Shown one piece after another: positions 25,083 to 38,555 of a stretch of DNA of 64,000 nt; the stretch's first letter is position 1, and each line of letters opens with the position of its first letter. Source of the stretch: Owenia fusiformis (Eukaryota); NCBI GenBank assembly GCA_903813345.2, contig CAIIXF020000001.1, positions 48,174,001 through 48,238,000 on the forward strand. Direction: 5' to 3'. A program made the translations under genes and the position numbers. Below the pieces are notes generated by a model. The model did no database searches and was not told the DNA's origin. It saw only the letters and a list, made by a program, of their open reading frames with translations.

Positions 25083-27619
25083 CTACAGTGACATAATTTT
25101 TCGAATGATTTTCACATGCAGATTTAAAAATGAACGTAAAGGAAGATAGTGCGTAACTTTGATTGTTATCTTTACTTTTGGTTTTATATTCACTTCACTT
25201 TGTCTGATATAACATGTCTTTGTATGATTGTTCACCTTCATTTGTTCTAGTGAACAGTTCACCAAGTGTTGGAACTGCTTCTCTATGAATTTCATATATG
25301 TTTTCACTTCCTTTAGAATCATGAAGTAACTCTGGTAGGTGTTCTCTATTATGTTTTTGTTCAAATCCAGCAGATCTTCAATGGTTAAGTCATTTTTCTT
25401 TGGAATGCTAGCTTTGTGCTCTAATATTAGGAGATGAAGCTCATTTTTCAGTTGAATCAATCTTTTGGTTTGCACTGTGGCATATTTTTGTACTGAGGCA
25501 CTTTCTTCCTCCAGTTCATGGTTTATTAAATCCAAAAATAAGGATATACATTGAAGGTCCTTGAATATTCTCACCACAGCTGGTACTACCTGAAATCATC
25601 ATTAGTATTTAATTATTCAGGAGAAATTCTCCAGTTATGTGACAATTATAACTTTACTTTATTTGTTAAATATAAGAGGTTGTTGCTAATACGAGGGGTG
25701 ATCAGGAATTTCTGTACCCTGAACTTTTATTGGATCCAAAGCTTTTTTGAAGATCTCAAAATCAGACAAATGCAAGGGGTAGTAAGTATTCAATATAGGC
25801 CTTTATCCTATGCCAAGTAGAGTTTTAAGGAGATAAGTTGGTAAGATATATCCCGTATCCTGATTTTGAGGTTTCCATATCCAGAACCTCCATATCTCCC
25901 GCCATATCTCCCGCTTCGGTGCATATCTTCCCGCTTCGGTGCATATCTTCCCGCTTCGGTGCATGTCTTCCCGCTTCCGGTAAGTAGTGGAAATGCAATA
26001 AAATGACTTTGCATATGAATGATTTGTTTATTTTTACACCTTGTACTATTGAAATGGCCATATGCCCCTGAAAACTCTACTTGGTATAGGATAAAGCAGT
26101 TATGTACGGTCGGTTTGGATATTGGGTTCATCCCTCGTGAGATATGCACATCTACCTTCGGTCCCTTCGGTCCCTCGGGTAGATATGCATATCTCCCTCT
26201 GGATAAACCCCATATCCAAAACCTCCCAGTACAAAACCCTTATGTATCTCAAGTTAATGCAAATATATCTGCAGTTATAAAGAGGATATCCTAAGATTTC
26301 TTTCAATGGGGTTTATTGAGTCAACAAGTGAGTGCAGTGAGAGAGTAGATATGGTAATATCCACAAGTAGATAAAAGTGATAGCCCAACAAAGTCAAAGT
26401 ATATCATATTTATGATATGGATTTCGAAATACAGGTATTGCTATGTATGGTCTAAGATAGCCCACATAGAACTTCACAATAAAATCGATTAAACCTCATT
26501 AACAATCAAAAACGTTGAATATTTACTCAAACTGAATTGGTGTTACGAAGTGATTGCATGAACACATTAAATTATTTTAATAAGCACTACACATAATAAT
26601 CAAACTTTATCCTGACATTCAATTATGTTAAGTTGTTATTTGCTAAATTCTGTGCTAAATTCAATTCTAATGACAATATAGCTTTAGCTACGTACAGTTA
26701 TCGTAGAAGTTCTACCTACCAATATTATATTTTATCATATGATCTGTAAAATTTAGCAATCTGATTGGTCAGTTCTTGTGCCGTACCAATCTGTATTGCT
26801 ACTGAGATTGTCCCCATTGTTCATCTCCGTAGCAATACAGAAAATATTGGTACAGGGGGGACAATCTCAGTAGCAATACAGAGAGTACAGAAGATCACAT
26901 GGTAAAAATGTTATTGAATGATATTCATTGATGTATTTGGTTTAATACTTGGTCAACTTACATCTTTATACAGGGTGTCTGGAATGTCTGGAAAGTAGTG
27001 TAGCTTTGTAGAAGGATGGGACTGAATATAATCCATATGTCTCTTTGATATTATACTGTGTTTTTCCTAAAATTAAAAATATAAGTCTTTTTTAATCAGG
27101 TTTGGTTATTCTATTGTTTATAGTTCAACATTTATTTAAATTGAATTTCTATGGCCCTTAAAGGTGAAATTATCTGATTATAGAAGATTGCGAACAGATC
27201 TTCATTCTGGAGGCTTCACATGTTATAATTTTTTGTTATTGAGTGTTGCCTTTTTTGACATTGATCCCTTCTATATTTTAAAAAATTGATAATAGTTTTT
27301 AAAGAAACGATCAAAGTGTAAGAATAGTAATCTAAAATATGTTCATTTAAGAAAAGTGTGGAGTTGACTTAATTGACTTATTAAATGAATACATGATGAA
27401 ATCAAAAATTTGTAAAGTCATATTTTATCTCTAACTTACATAGTTATCCATGATGTCAGTTAAATGTCTTGAGAATGTCTTTGCTACTGTTGTTATTGTC
27501 TCACATGTGTTATATGGCTCAGGATTTTGTCTTAACCTCCAACCAGAAAATCCCCAAACATTTTTTTTCAAAAGTTGACAAGTAAATATAATAATACAAT
27601 TTAATTGAAATAAGAGCAT
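25083..27619 (-). CDS. Putative long-chain four-helix cytokine-like protein, paralog 1 (~263 aa): exons 27440..27619, 26962..27066, 25083..25589
   Basis: Canonical GTAAGT donors and AG acceptors, all phase 0: ...FSRHLTDIMDNY|EKHSIISKRHMDYIQSHPSTKLHYFPDIPDTLYKD|VVPAVVRIFKDLQ...YFMILKEVKTYMKFIEKQFQHL... Clearly homologous to the two other copies. Gene structure is well supported; the start codon and the cytokine call are inferred. Confidence 0.7.
25803..26248 (+). mobile_element. ~445-bp non-autonomous element with 21-bp internal repeats and a ~110-bp subterminal hairpin; near-identical copy at 62349-62774
   Basis: Direct similarity between the two loci, also visible as near-identical spurious ORFs. 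The copies differ by one CTTCCCGCTTCGGTGCATATC-type unit. This copy lies in intron 2 of paralog 1. Confidence 0.85.
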
Positions 27620-30508
27620 TTTTGAATGGCTGTGAATTGTCCATGTTTTGATTACAGAATGAGTTTTCTAAAACACGTCTAATATACACTCTCCGATATA
27701 AGTTTGGGAAAACTAATTTTTTCATTGTTTGTAAAGTGTCTTTATTCTTATATACCTACATTTTTGGGTTTATTATAAAAATCAATATTTTTTTTATATT
27801 TTAATGCACCATTAACAACATGTCAGAAATTGGTGTTTTGGATTATTTTCCAAAAAGGATCCCAGTTTACAAAATTATGGAGGGGTGTATACTGATAAAT
27901 GAAGAAACGTTCTATTTATTTGTTCAATATATTGAATAAGACATCTAATTTATAAATTTGATGTCGTCTAGACAAGTTTTAGTATTGCAATATTTTGTAC
28001 AAGGACACCTACAACATCGTAGGTGTGTAAGTGCAAGATAAACCTGAACTGTCAATGTCAACACTTAATGTTGCCTAATACTGAACACTAGGTGAATAGT
28101 CTATAATGCCCAATCCCTGAATTTCATGGAAGAGGTCTCTAAATAAGACAGTGAAACATGTTTCCTATGGTCAAGTGATTACCCCAGGGGCATAGCCAGC
28201 TTTCAATCAGGGAGGGTGTGATCGCCCAAAATGTTTTCAGTTTTTAGTCAGGGGATCGTGGCAAAAGTAAGGCAAAAGAATTTTTAAGATTTGTTTTACA
28301 AAAATTGATGCAACTTCTTTCAAAATTGAGCTAGAAGCTTCAAATGAAAAGTATTTTAACGCTATTTTTTCTTTTACCCAATGGTTTTATTTTTATTGAT
28401 TGGGGGGGGGGTAAAATTGAATTGAAATTTTCTTCATATCATGGCATACCTGAAGGCAGAGAAAATATCAGAAACGAATCAACACTTACGGATGGGTCAG
28501 ATGGGCTGATAATAAAGAAACAATAAAATCAGACTATTTTTATAAATATTTATATTCTAAAATATGGATTCTCAAAAATATTCAATAAACATATAATATA
28601 ATGATTACCCTGTTTGCAGTGGCTAGTTTACAAACTAATGTAGATAAATATTTCTTTCAAGAAGAATTATTGCAATAGATATAATGACTATATAGTTTGA
28701 TATTATTATAATAAAATGTATAATACATAATTATGCTGTTAATAAATATATGAATGCAGCAATATACATATATAATTATACATATCTACAATTATAAAGT
28801 TGTCATTATTATTTTATAGATTCCTTTGTTACATAGCTACATAAATATATTTTTGGATTTGTATTGTCTCTGAATAAAATTATTACACAGAAAAATGCAA
28901 AGAATTAAAACATACAAGTATTATACATAGGCATGACATATTTTTAACACCTAGATTTTAGAAATATCTATTTGGTTCGCAAGTTTTTGGTTTTCTATAT
29001 AACTGTTCAGTTTAACCTGTTCACACTACCCTACCACGTGACCACGTTTAAAAGGGAAACAGGGTACAGCTAAGTTGCAAATGGAGGACGTGGGTTTAAT
29101 TCCATATTTCTGAACGTAAAATACATTTTACATTTATTTCTAGTGTTCTACCAGACATAGAATTGATTCATCAAGCAGTTTGTAGAATATTGTTGTCAAA
29201 AAACCAATATAGGCAAAGATAGATAATAGTGGGCGCAGTGAAGCAAAACTCAATGCAATACACGATATATTTCAGTAAATCTGTCAACGTACAGGGAGCA
29301 TGTAAGTTTCCCTTCGAAAATGTTACATTGATATGTAACAAAACCCCAGTAAACTGTTATTTAAACTGCGTGTCATCGTGTTATATGTGGATACTTTTCC
29401 CAGTATGTTATTCAACTGTACTTTTGTGAATTAATTGTTTTTCTAAAATCTTAAGATGCAAAAAGTCGTCCCAGAAATGTATCTTTACTTTGCCGTAAGG
29501 CATAACATATTGTGAAACATTTTTCCTCTTGTCACAAGGAGGATAATCTTTGTTTCGAGGTGTCTTGTGATGAGCGTTTCATGATTAAATGCAAAATCAC
29601 TGGAGCAGATACCATCCAAAAACATCTGACATTCAACACGTCATATAAGACTACATCGATCTGGTTTTAGTTTTTTTACAATAATAGAGAAATACGACGT
29701 CATATCACCTCTACAGCAAATTGTGAAAAACAAAATGTCGTGGCATGATGGTATTTTGAACAAACTATTTTAATTGATCGGTTTTTGAGGACGGTAGTGA
29801 ATTAGACCATTCAAGGGGTTATATAGAAAGATTCTTTACATGTAGTTCACGCAATTTTAATTATTCTGAATAGCGGATAGTCATTAATCCTGATAGCCGA
29901 TAGTCATTTATCACTTACGTGTTCATATTTAATTTCGTTATTTTATTTCAATTTGATACCCTAGTAACACGTATAATCCAGCGTTCTTGTTAATTTAATG
30001 ACTAAAATGCATATACGACCTGAAAGCCCGTGTCTACTAAATAATGTTTACTTTATTTGGATTAAATAACAATTGATGACACCTCAAAGCATCAACATGC
30101 GGCCTTTTTAGCATTATTCTCACTGTTTGCAACGTAAATATACATGAGATCGGGACATAGTATGTCTGTATAATCAGCTTACTTTCTCGCTCCCTGTACT
30201 ATTGAACAATTTACATTCCTTGTACCCTGTATTGATCAACTTTTGCAGCTGTGTACCGTGTACTATGACATATCAAATATTTTAAAATTTAAAACGATAT
30301 TATTTACATTCTTTCTTCAACTATCATATAACTTGGAACATGGACTTCACTATTGCACCACTGAAGTTCAGCGAATAGCAATATTGACTCACTCCGAGCA
30401 CCAAACAAATTAACCTTTTGACTAAGCAGTCGATATACTCAAAAGCGACCTGATTGAAAGCCAAAAAATTCGCGCATGCGCTATCGAGGTAGGGTAGTGT
30501 GTGTTCAA

Positions 30509-33500
30509 TCAAGCAGAGTTGACTAAGTGTTGAAACTGCCTTACTATGAATTTCATATATGCCTTCACTTCCTTTAGAATCATGAAGTATTTCTGGTAGA
30601 TGAATTCGTCCACTTCCAACGGGTCTTCAATTTCTAAGCTAATTGTATTTGAATAGCTAGCATTGTAAACTTCCATTGCAGTTTTAAGTTCTAATTCTAG
30701 ATTATCCCATTTGGTGATTTCCACTGAGGCATATGCTTGCATAGAGGCACTGTCCTTCATCAATGCTTCGTTTATCAAACGCAGAAATGAGGACATAACT
30801 TGAAGGTCTTCATATACTCTGACCACCGCTGTTGCTCCCTGAAATCAGAAATAATTTTAATAGTTGATAGCTCAGTTAGAGTAGTTGTTGAAATTACTAA
30901 TTCAGGCATTTATTTGAATTGGGTTCTTTTAATAAAATCAACTTTTCATGAAGTTAGATTGAAGTTTTGCCTTGCCACTTTGAATATAACAATCATGCAA
31001 TTGAATATAGATGAATTTGGCCTTTGTCTTGCATAAGTGATAACTTTGCAGTTTTATTATTTTAGTGAAAAAAGTAAGATAGATTCAAGCAAGGTAGTAT
31101 TCTTCCTAAATATTTCCACTTCAGTCAGTCTGTCAATTGGTTAGGTTACATTGTCTTAATCTCATTTCCTTTTATTTCATTATAAATTGTTGTAGTGACT
31201 ATAAACAAGGCATTAACATGTTAAATGTCACCACTGCTCATTTGTTACAGATGCCAAACACCAACTGCTGAACATGAACCACCATATGCCGAACACCATC
31301 CTCAAAAAAGTTGGAGGTCATAACAATTCAATATGTGACCATAATAAAATTGCCTAAATGTATAATTTTGGATTACTTTAACTTACATCTTCATGTAGAG
31401 AATCCGGGATAGCTGGGAAACCATGTGGTTTGGATGTAGAATGATTTTGGATAAATTCTGCCACTCTGCTTGTTACAATACTGTACTTGACCTGAAATGA
31501 ATTTTATTCAATTTTTATGTCACCACCAAAAGTGGTGACATATTGTTATGGTCTCCGTTTTTTTTGCGACGGCGGTTGGTGGTTGGCGTCCGGCGTCTGG
31601 CGTCCGGCGTCTGGCGTCCGGCGTCTGGCGTCCGGCGTCTGGCGTCCGGCGTCTGTAACAATTTCTTACAACTTCCTATAACTTAACAAATACTGTTTAG
31701 ACTGACTTCAATTTTTTTCTAAATCATCTACATGTTCTCAGAAGTTCAAATCTGACTTTAGATTTGACATTTGACCTTCAATGACCTTCTCAAGGTCAAA
31801 AAGGTCTTTTTTCAACTTGCTTCACATTGACTAAATTTTTTTTTTTCAAAATCATCTACATGTTCTCAGAAATTCAAATCTGACTTTAGATTTGACATTT
31901 GACCTTCAAATCTGACTTTAGATTTGACATTTGACCTTCAATGACCTTCTCAAGGTCAAAAAAGGTCAAATAGGTCTGTTTTCAACTTGCTTCAAATTGA
32001 CTAAATTTTTTTTTCAAAATCATCTACGTGTTCTCAGAAATTCAAATCTGACTTAAGATTTGACTTAAGATTTGACATTTGACATTCAATGACCTTCTCA
32101 AGGTCAAAAAAGGTCAAAAAGGTCTGTTTTCAACTTGCTTCAAATTGACTAAAAAAAAATTTCAAAACCATCTATGTATTCTCAGAAATTCAAATCTGAC
32201 TTTAGATTTGACTCAAGATTTGACATTTGACCTTCAATGACCTTCTCAAAGTCAAAAAAGGTCAAAAAGGTCTTTTTTCAACTTGCTTCAAATTGACTAA
32301 ATTTTTTTTTCAAAATCATCTACATGTTCTCAGAAATTCAAATCTGACTTTAGATTTGACATTTGACCTTCAATGACCTTCTCAATGTCAAAAAGGTCAA
32401 AATGGTATTTTTTCATCTTGCTTCAAATTGACTAAATTTTTTATTCAAAATCATCTACATGTTCTCAGAAATTCAAATATGACTTTAGATTTGACTTTAG
32501 ATTTGACATTTGACCTTCAGTGACCTTCTCAAGGTCAAAAAAGGTCAAAAAGGTCTTTTTTCAACTTGCTTCAAATTGACCAAATTTTTTTTTTAAATCA
32601 TCTACATCTTTTCAGAAGTTCAAATTTGACAACAAGTTCTCAGAAGTTCAAATCTGACTTTAAATTTGACCTTTGACCTTCAATTTCAAAATCATCTACA
32701 TGTTCTCAGAAATTCAAATCTGACTTTAGATTTGACATTTGACCTTCAATGACCTTCTCAATGTCAAAAAAGGTCAAAATGGTATTTTTTTATCTTGCTT
32801 CAAATTGACTAAATTTTTTTTTCAAAATCATCTCCATGTTCTCAGAAATTCAAATCTGAATTTAGATTTGACATTTGACCTTTAATGACCTTCTCAAGGT
32901 CAAAAAAGGTCAAAAAGGTCTGTTTTCAACTTGCTTCAAATTGACCAAATTTTTTTTTAGAAATCATCTACATCTTTTCAGAAGTTCAAATTTGACTTAA
33001 CAAGTTCTCAGAAGTTCAAATCTGACTTTAAATTTGACCTTTGACCTTCAATGACCTTCTCAAGGTCAAAAAGGTCTTTTTTCAACTTGCTTCAAATTGA
33101 CTAATTTTTTTCAAAATCATCTACATGTTCTCAGAAGTTCAAATCTGACTTTAGATTTGACATTTGACCTTCAATGACCTTGAAAAGGTCAAAAAGGTCT
33201 TTTTTCAACTTGCTTCAAATTTACTTAATTTTTTTTTCAAAATCATCTACATGTTCTCAGAAGTTCAAATCTGACTTTACATTTGACATTTGACCTTCAA
33301 TGACCTTCTCAATGTCAAAAAAAGTCAAAGAGGTATTTTTTCAACTTGCTTCAAATTGACGAATTTTTTTTTCAAAATCATCTACATGTTCTAAGAAGTT
33401 CAAATCAAACCTTCTTAAGGTCAAAAGGTATTTTCCAACTTGCTTTAAATTGACCAAATTGTTTTAGGTGGTGACATTTTGTCATGTTAATGCCTTGTTC

Positions 33501-33798
33501 TGATTTGCTATACATATTATGCATGATTTTTGTAGTTTTCTTTCAGATATTGCCCTTCATGGGATTTAAATATTCATATTCCGGATATTTATGTCCAATA
33601 ATTTTGCATGCTCCATTACCTATTATCAGAAAGTCTAATATAAAACATCTGTTTTGAAAATAGCAATTAGAGAAAAAGTGATTTTTATGAACTTACATAG
33701 TCATCCATGATATTAGTTAGATTTCCTGAGATTATGTCTGCTATTGCTGCTATTGTTTCAAATGTATATGAATTGTCAATCGTTCTTCCAATCGTCAT
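30509..33798 (-). CDS. Putative long-chain four-helix cytokine-like protein, paralog 2 (~178 aa): exons 33697..33798, 31387..31491, 30509..30838
   Basis: MTIGRTIDNSYTFETIAAIADIISGNLTNIMDDY|VKYSIVTSRVAEFIQNHSTSKPHGFPAIPDSLHED|GATAVVRVYEDLQ...YFMILKEVKAYMKFIVRQFQHLVNSA*. GT-AG phase-0 introns; in-frame TGA 10 codons upstream of the ATG; TATA box ~95 nt upstream. Confidence 0.75.
31515..33499 (+). mobile_element. Helentron-associated interspersed element (HINE/DINE-1-like) with an internal ~140-bp tandem array, in intron 1 of paralog 2
   Basis: 5' palindrome TGTCACCACCAAAAGTGGTGACA, (GGCGTCY)n microsatellite, repeated TTCAAATCTGACTTTAGATTTGACATTTGACCTTCAATGACC units, 3' subterminal GGTGGTGACAT...CTTGTT. 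A short inverted 3'-end fragment lies at ~31203-31235. Confidence 0.85.
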
Positions 33799-33889
33799 CT
33801 TCTCTGTGTTATTTGCTGCTTGGTCTCAGTATAAGATGCTTTACTTGAGAGTTGTAGCAAGTTGTCTCTGCATGGTGACAATGTCAGGC

Positions 33890-33896
33890 TTTATAT
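33890..33896 (-). promoter_or_regulatory. TATA box of paralog 2
   Basis: ATATAAAGCCTGACA...ACTTGCTACAAC is conserved with the paralog-3 upstream region. Confidence 0.65.
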
Positions 33897-34356
33897 GCAG
33901 TCATTCCACATTCAGGAAAGAACAGATTCAGGTGATCCTCCTGCACAGTGAGGAAGTTCATTCAAACAAATCGATAATTTGATGACGTTGATTTCTCAGA
34001 TTTGAGGAAGTTTATTTATCCAATAAAGTTTTAAAACACAATGTTGTATTACACTGCCATTATAATAACATGTAAATAAATTGTTCAAATAGGATGTAAG
34101 AGTTGTAATGGCTTGAGCTACAAGGTTGTCTTTTTAAGAATTTGCACAATACACATACATCAGAGCTAGTTGTGCGAATAAGATATGTCATTGAAAGAAA
34201 GGTAGTCTTTTTTATGGATTTGCACAATACACATACGTCAGCAGAGCTATTGGTGTGATTGAGATATGTTATGGAAACTATTTCCTACAAGGATTTGAAT
34301 ATCAATTATGAATGAGAATTAAAATCTTCAATCTATTTTCATTGTCATGATTAATT

Positions 34357-34603
34357 GAGCCTGGCCATAGGAAAACCGGTCTTATCACAACAATTAAAAT
34401 TGTGCTACAGAGCCAAAAATGTGCCCAAGATTAAGAGGAAAATGTGGTAAATTAAAATCCAACTTTTTGGTCTATAAACGCAAGGAAAAATCGTTAAGAC
34501 ATAAATCATGGCTCATTTGAAAGGTCTTTTTATGCTTTTTAAGATCAAAAAATCAAAATATTGAAAAATCTGTGATAAGACCCCTTTTCCTGTGGCCTGG
34601 CTC
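34357..34603. mobile_element. Sola-like MITE
   Basis: AATT|GAGCCTGGCCATAGGAAAA...TTTTCCTGTGGCCTGGCTC|AATT: ~30-bp TIRs and a 4-bp AATT TSD. Confidence 0.7.
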
Positions 34604-34912
34604 AATTTATGAAATCCATTCTTAGGACTTAATTGATTCAGCTGAAACCAGGAAGATGGAGTCATATAGGGATGTAATTTCAATACCAATCCTTCATTGC
34701 CTAGGAATATTAAATAAGTCAAGAAGTCATCCACCCAACTTTGTTTCAGAAAGTTATACATTTCTAAAATGTCTAATTGACCCATTGAATAATGTCATCT
34801 CTCTCTCTTAAAAGTTGATGAAAATATATTTTTACAAACCATCCTTGGAAAATCAAAATTTGAAAAGATTTTTGTACATTTATTTTCTTTACTCTTCAGA
34901 CAGCGTTCACTA

Positions 34913-35727
34913 ATTATCCCAACGAACGAAGTTCTGTAGGGATATAGTGAAGCTGTCCGTCCGTCTGTCCGTCAGTCTGTCAATCAGTCTGTCAGTCAGT
35001 CAGTCTGTCCGTCTGTCCGTCTGTCCGGAAGATAACTCGAATACTAGTTGACAGATTTTCTTCATATTTGGTGGAATGATGTATATTGGTGAACAGTTTT
35101 ACGCAAAAAAGATGGTCGCCAGTTTAAAAATGGCGGAAATTTTTCGCAAAAATCTTATGTTTTTTATTTTAAACCAAAATAATAAATATTATTATTTGAA
35201 ATTTTGGTAGTATATTGACATCATCTATCTATTTCACATATATCCCAGGTTTTTCACCCTGACCCCCAGGGGCCGTAAATGGAGGATCGGGAAAACAGGA
35301 AATTGCGTTAATTTTGAGATGTTTTTGAAGTATAGCTTTATTATACTCAAATGAAAGGCAATTTTGAGTAGATTGCAAATATTGTAACGTTTTTCTGATT
35401 CAAAATGGCCGCCTAATGCAGGATTTCCCAATTGTTTTCTGATCTCTTAAAAGTATGGCTATATTATACTCAAATTGAAGGAATTTCAGAGTAGATCACA
35501 ATTATATGGCATTGTTTTTCTGATTTGCGCCTCTGAAAATTCAAAATAGCTGACGATAGCAGAAATTCGCCATTACTTAGAGTTATCTTGAAAGTATGGT
35601 TACATGATTTAAAATATTTATTGAAGGTAAGAGTAGATGGTAAATATTATATTGTGACTGTACAGATTGATGATTTATATAGTGTTCGTTGGGATTTGCT
35701 ACTCCGTGGAGTTGCCATTTTCTAGTT
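34913..35727 (+). mobile_element. HINE family 2, copy A
   Basis: 5' ATCCCAACGAAC..GGGATATAG, (GTCC/GTCT/GTCA)n microsatellite, 3' GTTCGTTGGGATTTGCTACTCCGTGGAGTTGC..TTCTAGTT hairpin end. Confidence 0.8.
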
Positions 35728-35846
35728 TACTATATGCTCTTAGCGAGACCTTGCTGAACTCAGGAAATTATATTTGAATTTCTAGTGCATGGTTTGCAAT
35801 CACCAAATTCAGTCAAAGTGATATCATATTTGATATCTACATGTGA

Positions 35847-36160
35847 AATTACATCTAGAAATGTGGTTTAAAAAGTGTTTATCAACTTTGAAAATACAAT
35901 TTTCTTTAAAAATGTGATGTCTAGGTAGGGGAGATTTCCCATAGACCTCATGTTATAAAATCACAAAAAGTGAAATATCTCTTCTTGTACTGGACAGATA
36001 ATATTTTCTTTTACTGGACATATTTTATTTTGTATACTATCAGATATATAAGGGTAATATGAAAATTGAACAACTAAGAACTGATGACTATTCAAGTTTA
36101 AGGGAACGTTCTAATACCCTGCCATGTTATTTACCCCAAATTAGCTACCTGGTGGTGAAA
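35847..36160 (-). repeat. Inverted second copy of the 24465-24783 repeat
   Basis: Reverse-complement similarity along the whole length. Confidence 0.75.
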
Positions 36161-37372
36161 ATGGTAACTACCAACCCACATTTTGGTAATTAGGTAATGG
36201 TATACATTTGCTTTGGCATTGCTTGTATCTAGTCATATATTTGAATTATTTTCTAAAATGTTAGTATTTATGAGATATTCATCATACTTATCGTAAGGGT
36301 TGAGGTCATATTGCAGATTGGATTGGTTGACATGTTGTCACTTTTGTTGTTATTGAACCATGTTAATTTGATCCAAGACACGTTAAGTCTCTTGCAGCAT
36401 ATGTAGAGGATATCCTATGATTTTTGAGGGATACTATTTTTATCCATGAGTGGATATCGCCCATCTCCAAGAGTGAGCGCAGCGAATGAGTGGAGATCGG
36501 CAATATCCAAGAGTGGATGAAAATGATAGCCCAAGTCGGATACGATTTTAGTGACGCATACCAAAATTATCTTGTGTCGTACTTAAAGCTTGTACATATA
36601 TCTATTAAAGTGATTTTAACTCCTTTTCAAAGCTTTAATACAGCATGTTGCAGTGTATATATATATATAACACTGATTTTTACTTACGCATTTAGAGTGG
36701 ATATTCTTCTTTCATTCCATATAAAGAAAATAGAAATTGATAAAATATTGACGGAGTGGGAGCTGTTACAATGACGCCTACTTTAAGCAATTTTCAGAAC
36801 GTTTCGTCAAATATATTTAATGAGGGGCCCACCTTAATTCAATTATCAGGGAGTGATATATATCACGTTATTTACCTATAACATACTTACCACTTACCAT
36901 CTTGGAATTCTGAAAAGGCAACTGGTAATGTTTTGTTTCACCCCTATATGTAAAGTGTCAATTTAGTAATAAGATATTTTGACACTAGGACCAGGTTATC
37001 AAATTTTTAGCTCACATGGTTGGTGAGTTTTGCAATTGTCCCCTTGTCAGTCTGTCCATAATATAGTCTAATAGTGGCATGTTTTAAAACCAGTTTTGGG
37101 TTACTTTTATTAATTATCAATACAAGAAACCCCCCTATGGCTACCTGTTCAAAAGCTTGCCTATTTTCAAAATAGTTGCCATTTTTGCTATGGAAAGTTC
37201 ACATTTTCATTTATTACTTAGATATTCTTGCTTCAAAAAATATAGAAGATTACGAAATACAAAAATATATAATACAAGGGGAAAAGTTTGTGTAAGCAAG
37301 ATGTTTACAACCGACCCAGAAGTCACGTTTTTCTTGAAGTGATTTTGTATATATAATGTATTATTGTATTAA

Positions 37373-38010
37373 AGTGGGAGTATCGATTGCCGAGTCGTAT
37401 CCAATGATCCTGGGCCTATCGTAAAATGAAAGCTTTGAATATGTTGTTGCCTTTAAAAATGTATCTATTTTCCATGTATGCTACTAGAATTTGTGCACAT
37501 ACCTTATAACGATCGATAATGGCAAAGGAAAATCCTCTAATTCTTCGTCATAATTTCTCCTTCGACGTCCGCCATTTTTTATTAAACCGGAAGTTTTTCT
37601 CTGACGTCCGCGCAATGTTTTTTCACTTTTATTTTAGATTACGCTTCGGATTCAACATTTAATGCTTTCTAATATTAATTAAGTGTTTTCTATCAGAAAG
37701 ATTTCATAAAAAGACTCACACTATCAGAGATTTTATCGATTCGAGCAGCCAGAAAAATTAGTTTCAATTTCACCCGCTAGGTGTTTCGACGTCGACTTGG
37801 AAAGAATTTGAAAAATCTATGAGTGGGACTCCTTGTATGGAATTGTAGATTCTAAACGATTTGCCAGTTCTACTGGTTGATGAATATTGCCATATGCATA
37901 CATTTTTATAAAATAGGAATAAGGAAGAAGATGTTGGACCAAACTTCACCCCGATAGCTCAGAAAAGGTAAAATTTCTCCATTTTTCTCTCCACAGACCT
38001 TAGAGCCGCT
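37373..38010. mobile_element. Kolobok-like non-autonomous element
   Basis: TTAA|AGTGG...CCGCT|TTAA with weak TIRs and a CpG-rich interior. Confidence 0.4.
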
Positions 38011-38555
38011 TTAATTTCAAATATGATATCATTTTGACAAAATTTTGAAAATATAATAGCGAAATTCAAGATCATTTCTACTTGCATCAAACTGATAAAT
38101 TGATAAAGTCATCCAGGACCACATCATACTACATCATACACGATATAGTTTGATCAGGCATGTACATGTTTAAATTCTGCAATCTTTCCAAAATGTAAAT
38201 TCTCCCAAAATGGTGTTATAGCTATTTTTGCTGGCAGAAATTGATATATCATGATTTAGTAGTAGATGGGGTCATCATATGATTTTTCTCCCACATATGG
38301 ATGAGTAATTGTAACATGTATTCAATTATATTTCAAATGAATAAGAGTATGACTCACTGCATCAGTTTTTGAATCAGAGGCTGTATATATTGACTCAATA
38401 TGTATCCCAAATTGACCTGCTCATATCTAATATTCATTTGAGACCTTATTTTCATTAAAAGTGTATGATTTAGTGATCCATATATCTGCCTTACATTAAA
38501 TATCTTGTTTTATCTTTGTATAGATGCCTCTGCATAAACTAGAAGTGAAACTTAA

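Noticed and set aside
25808..26306. ORFs duplicated at 62349-62878 as a possible gene family
   Set aside because: They overlap on both strands and simply reflect two copies of a hairpin repeat element.
29011..29830. Possible piggyBac-like element starting TTAA|CCTGTTCAC
   Set aside because: No convincing matching right TIR with TTAA could be found.
30324..30512. 62-aa ORF overlapping the paralog-2 stop codon
   Set aside because: It lies in the presumed 3' UTR, has no counterpart in the other paralogues and no recognisable motif.
31690..33440. Regularly spaced repeats that could suggest a CRISPR array
   Set aside because: The whole ~140-bp unit repeats with no unique spacers, the array is bounded by HINE termini, and the context is eukaryotic with no cas genes.
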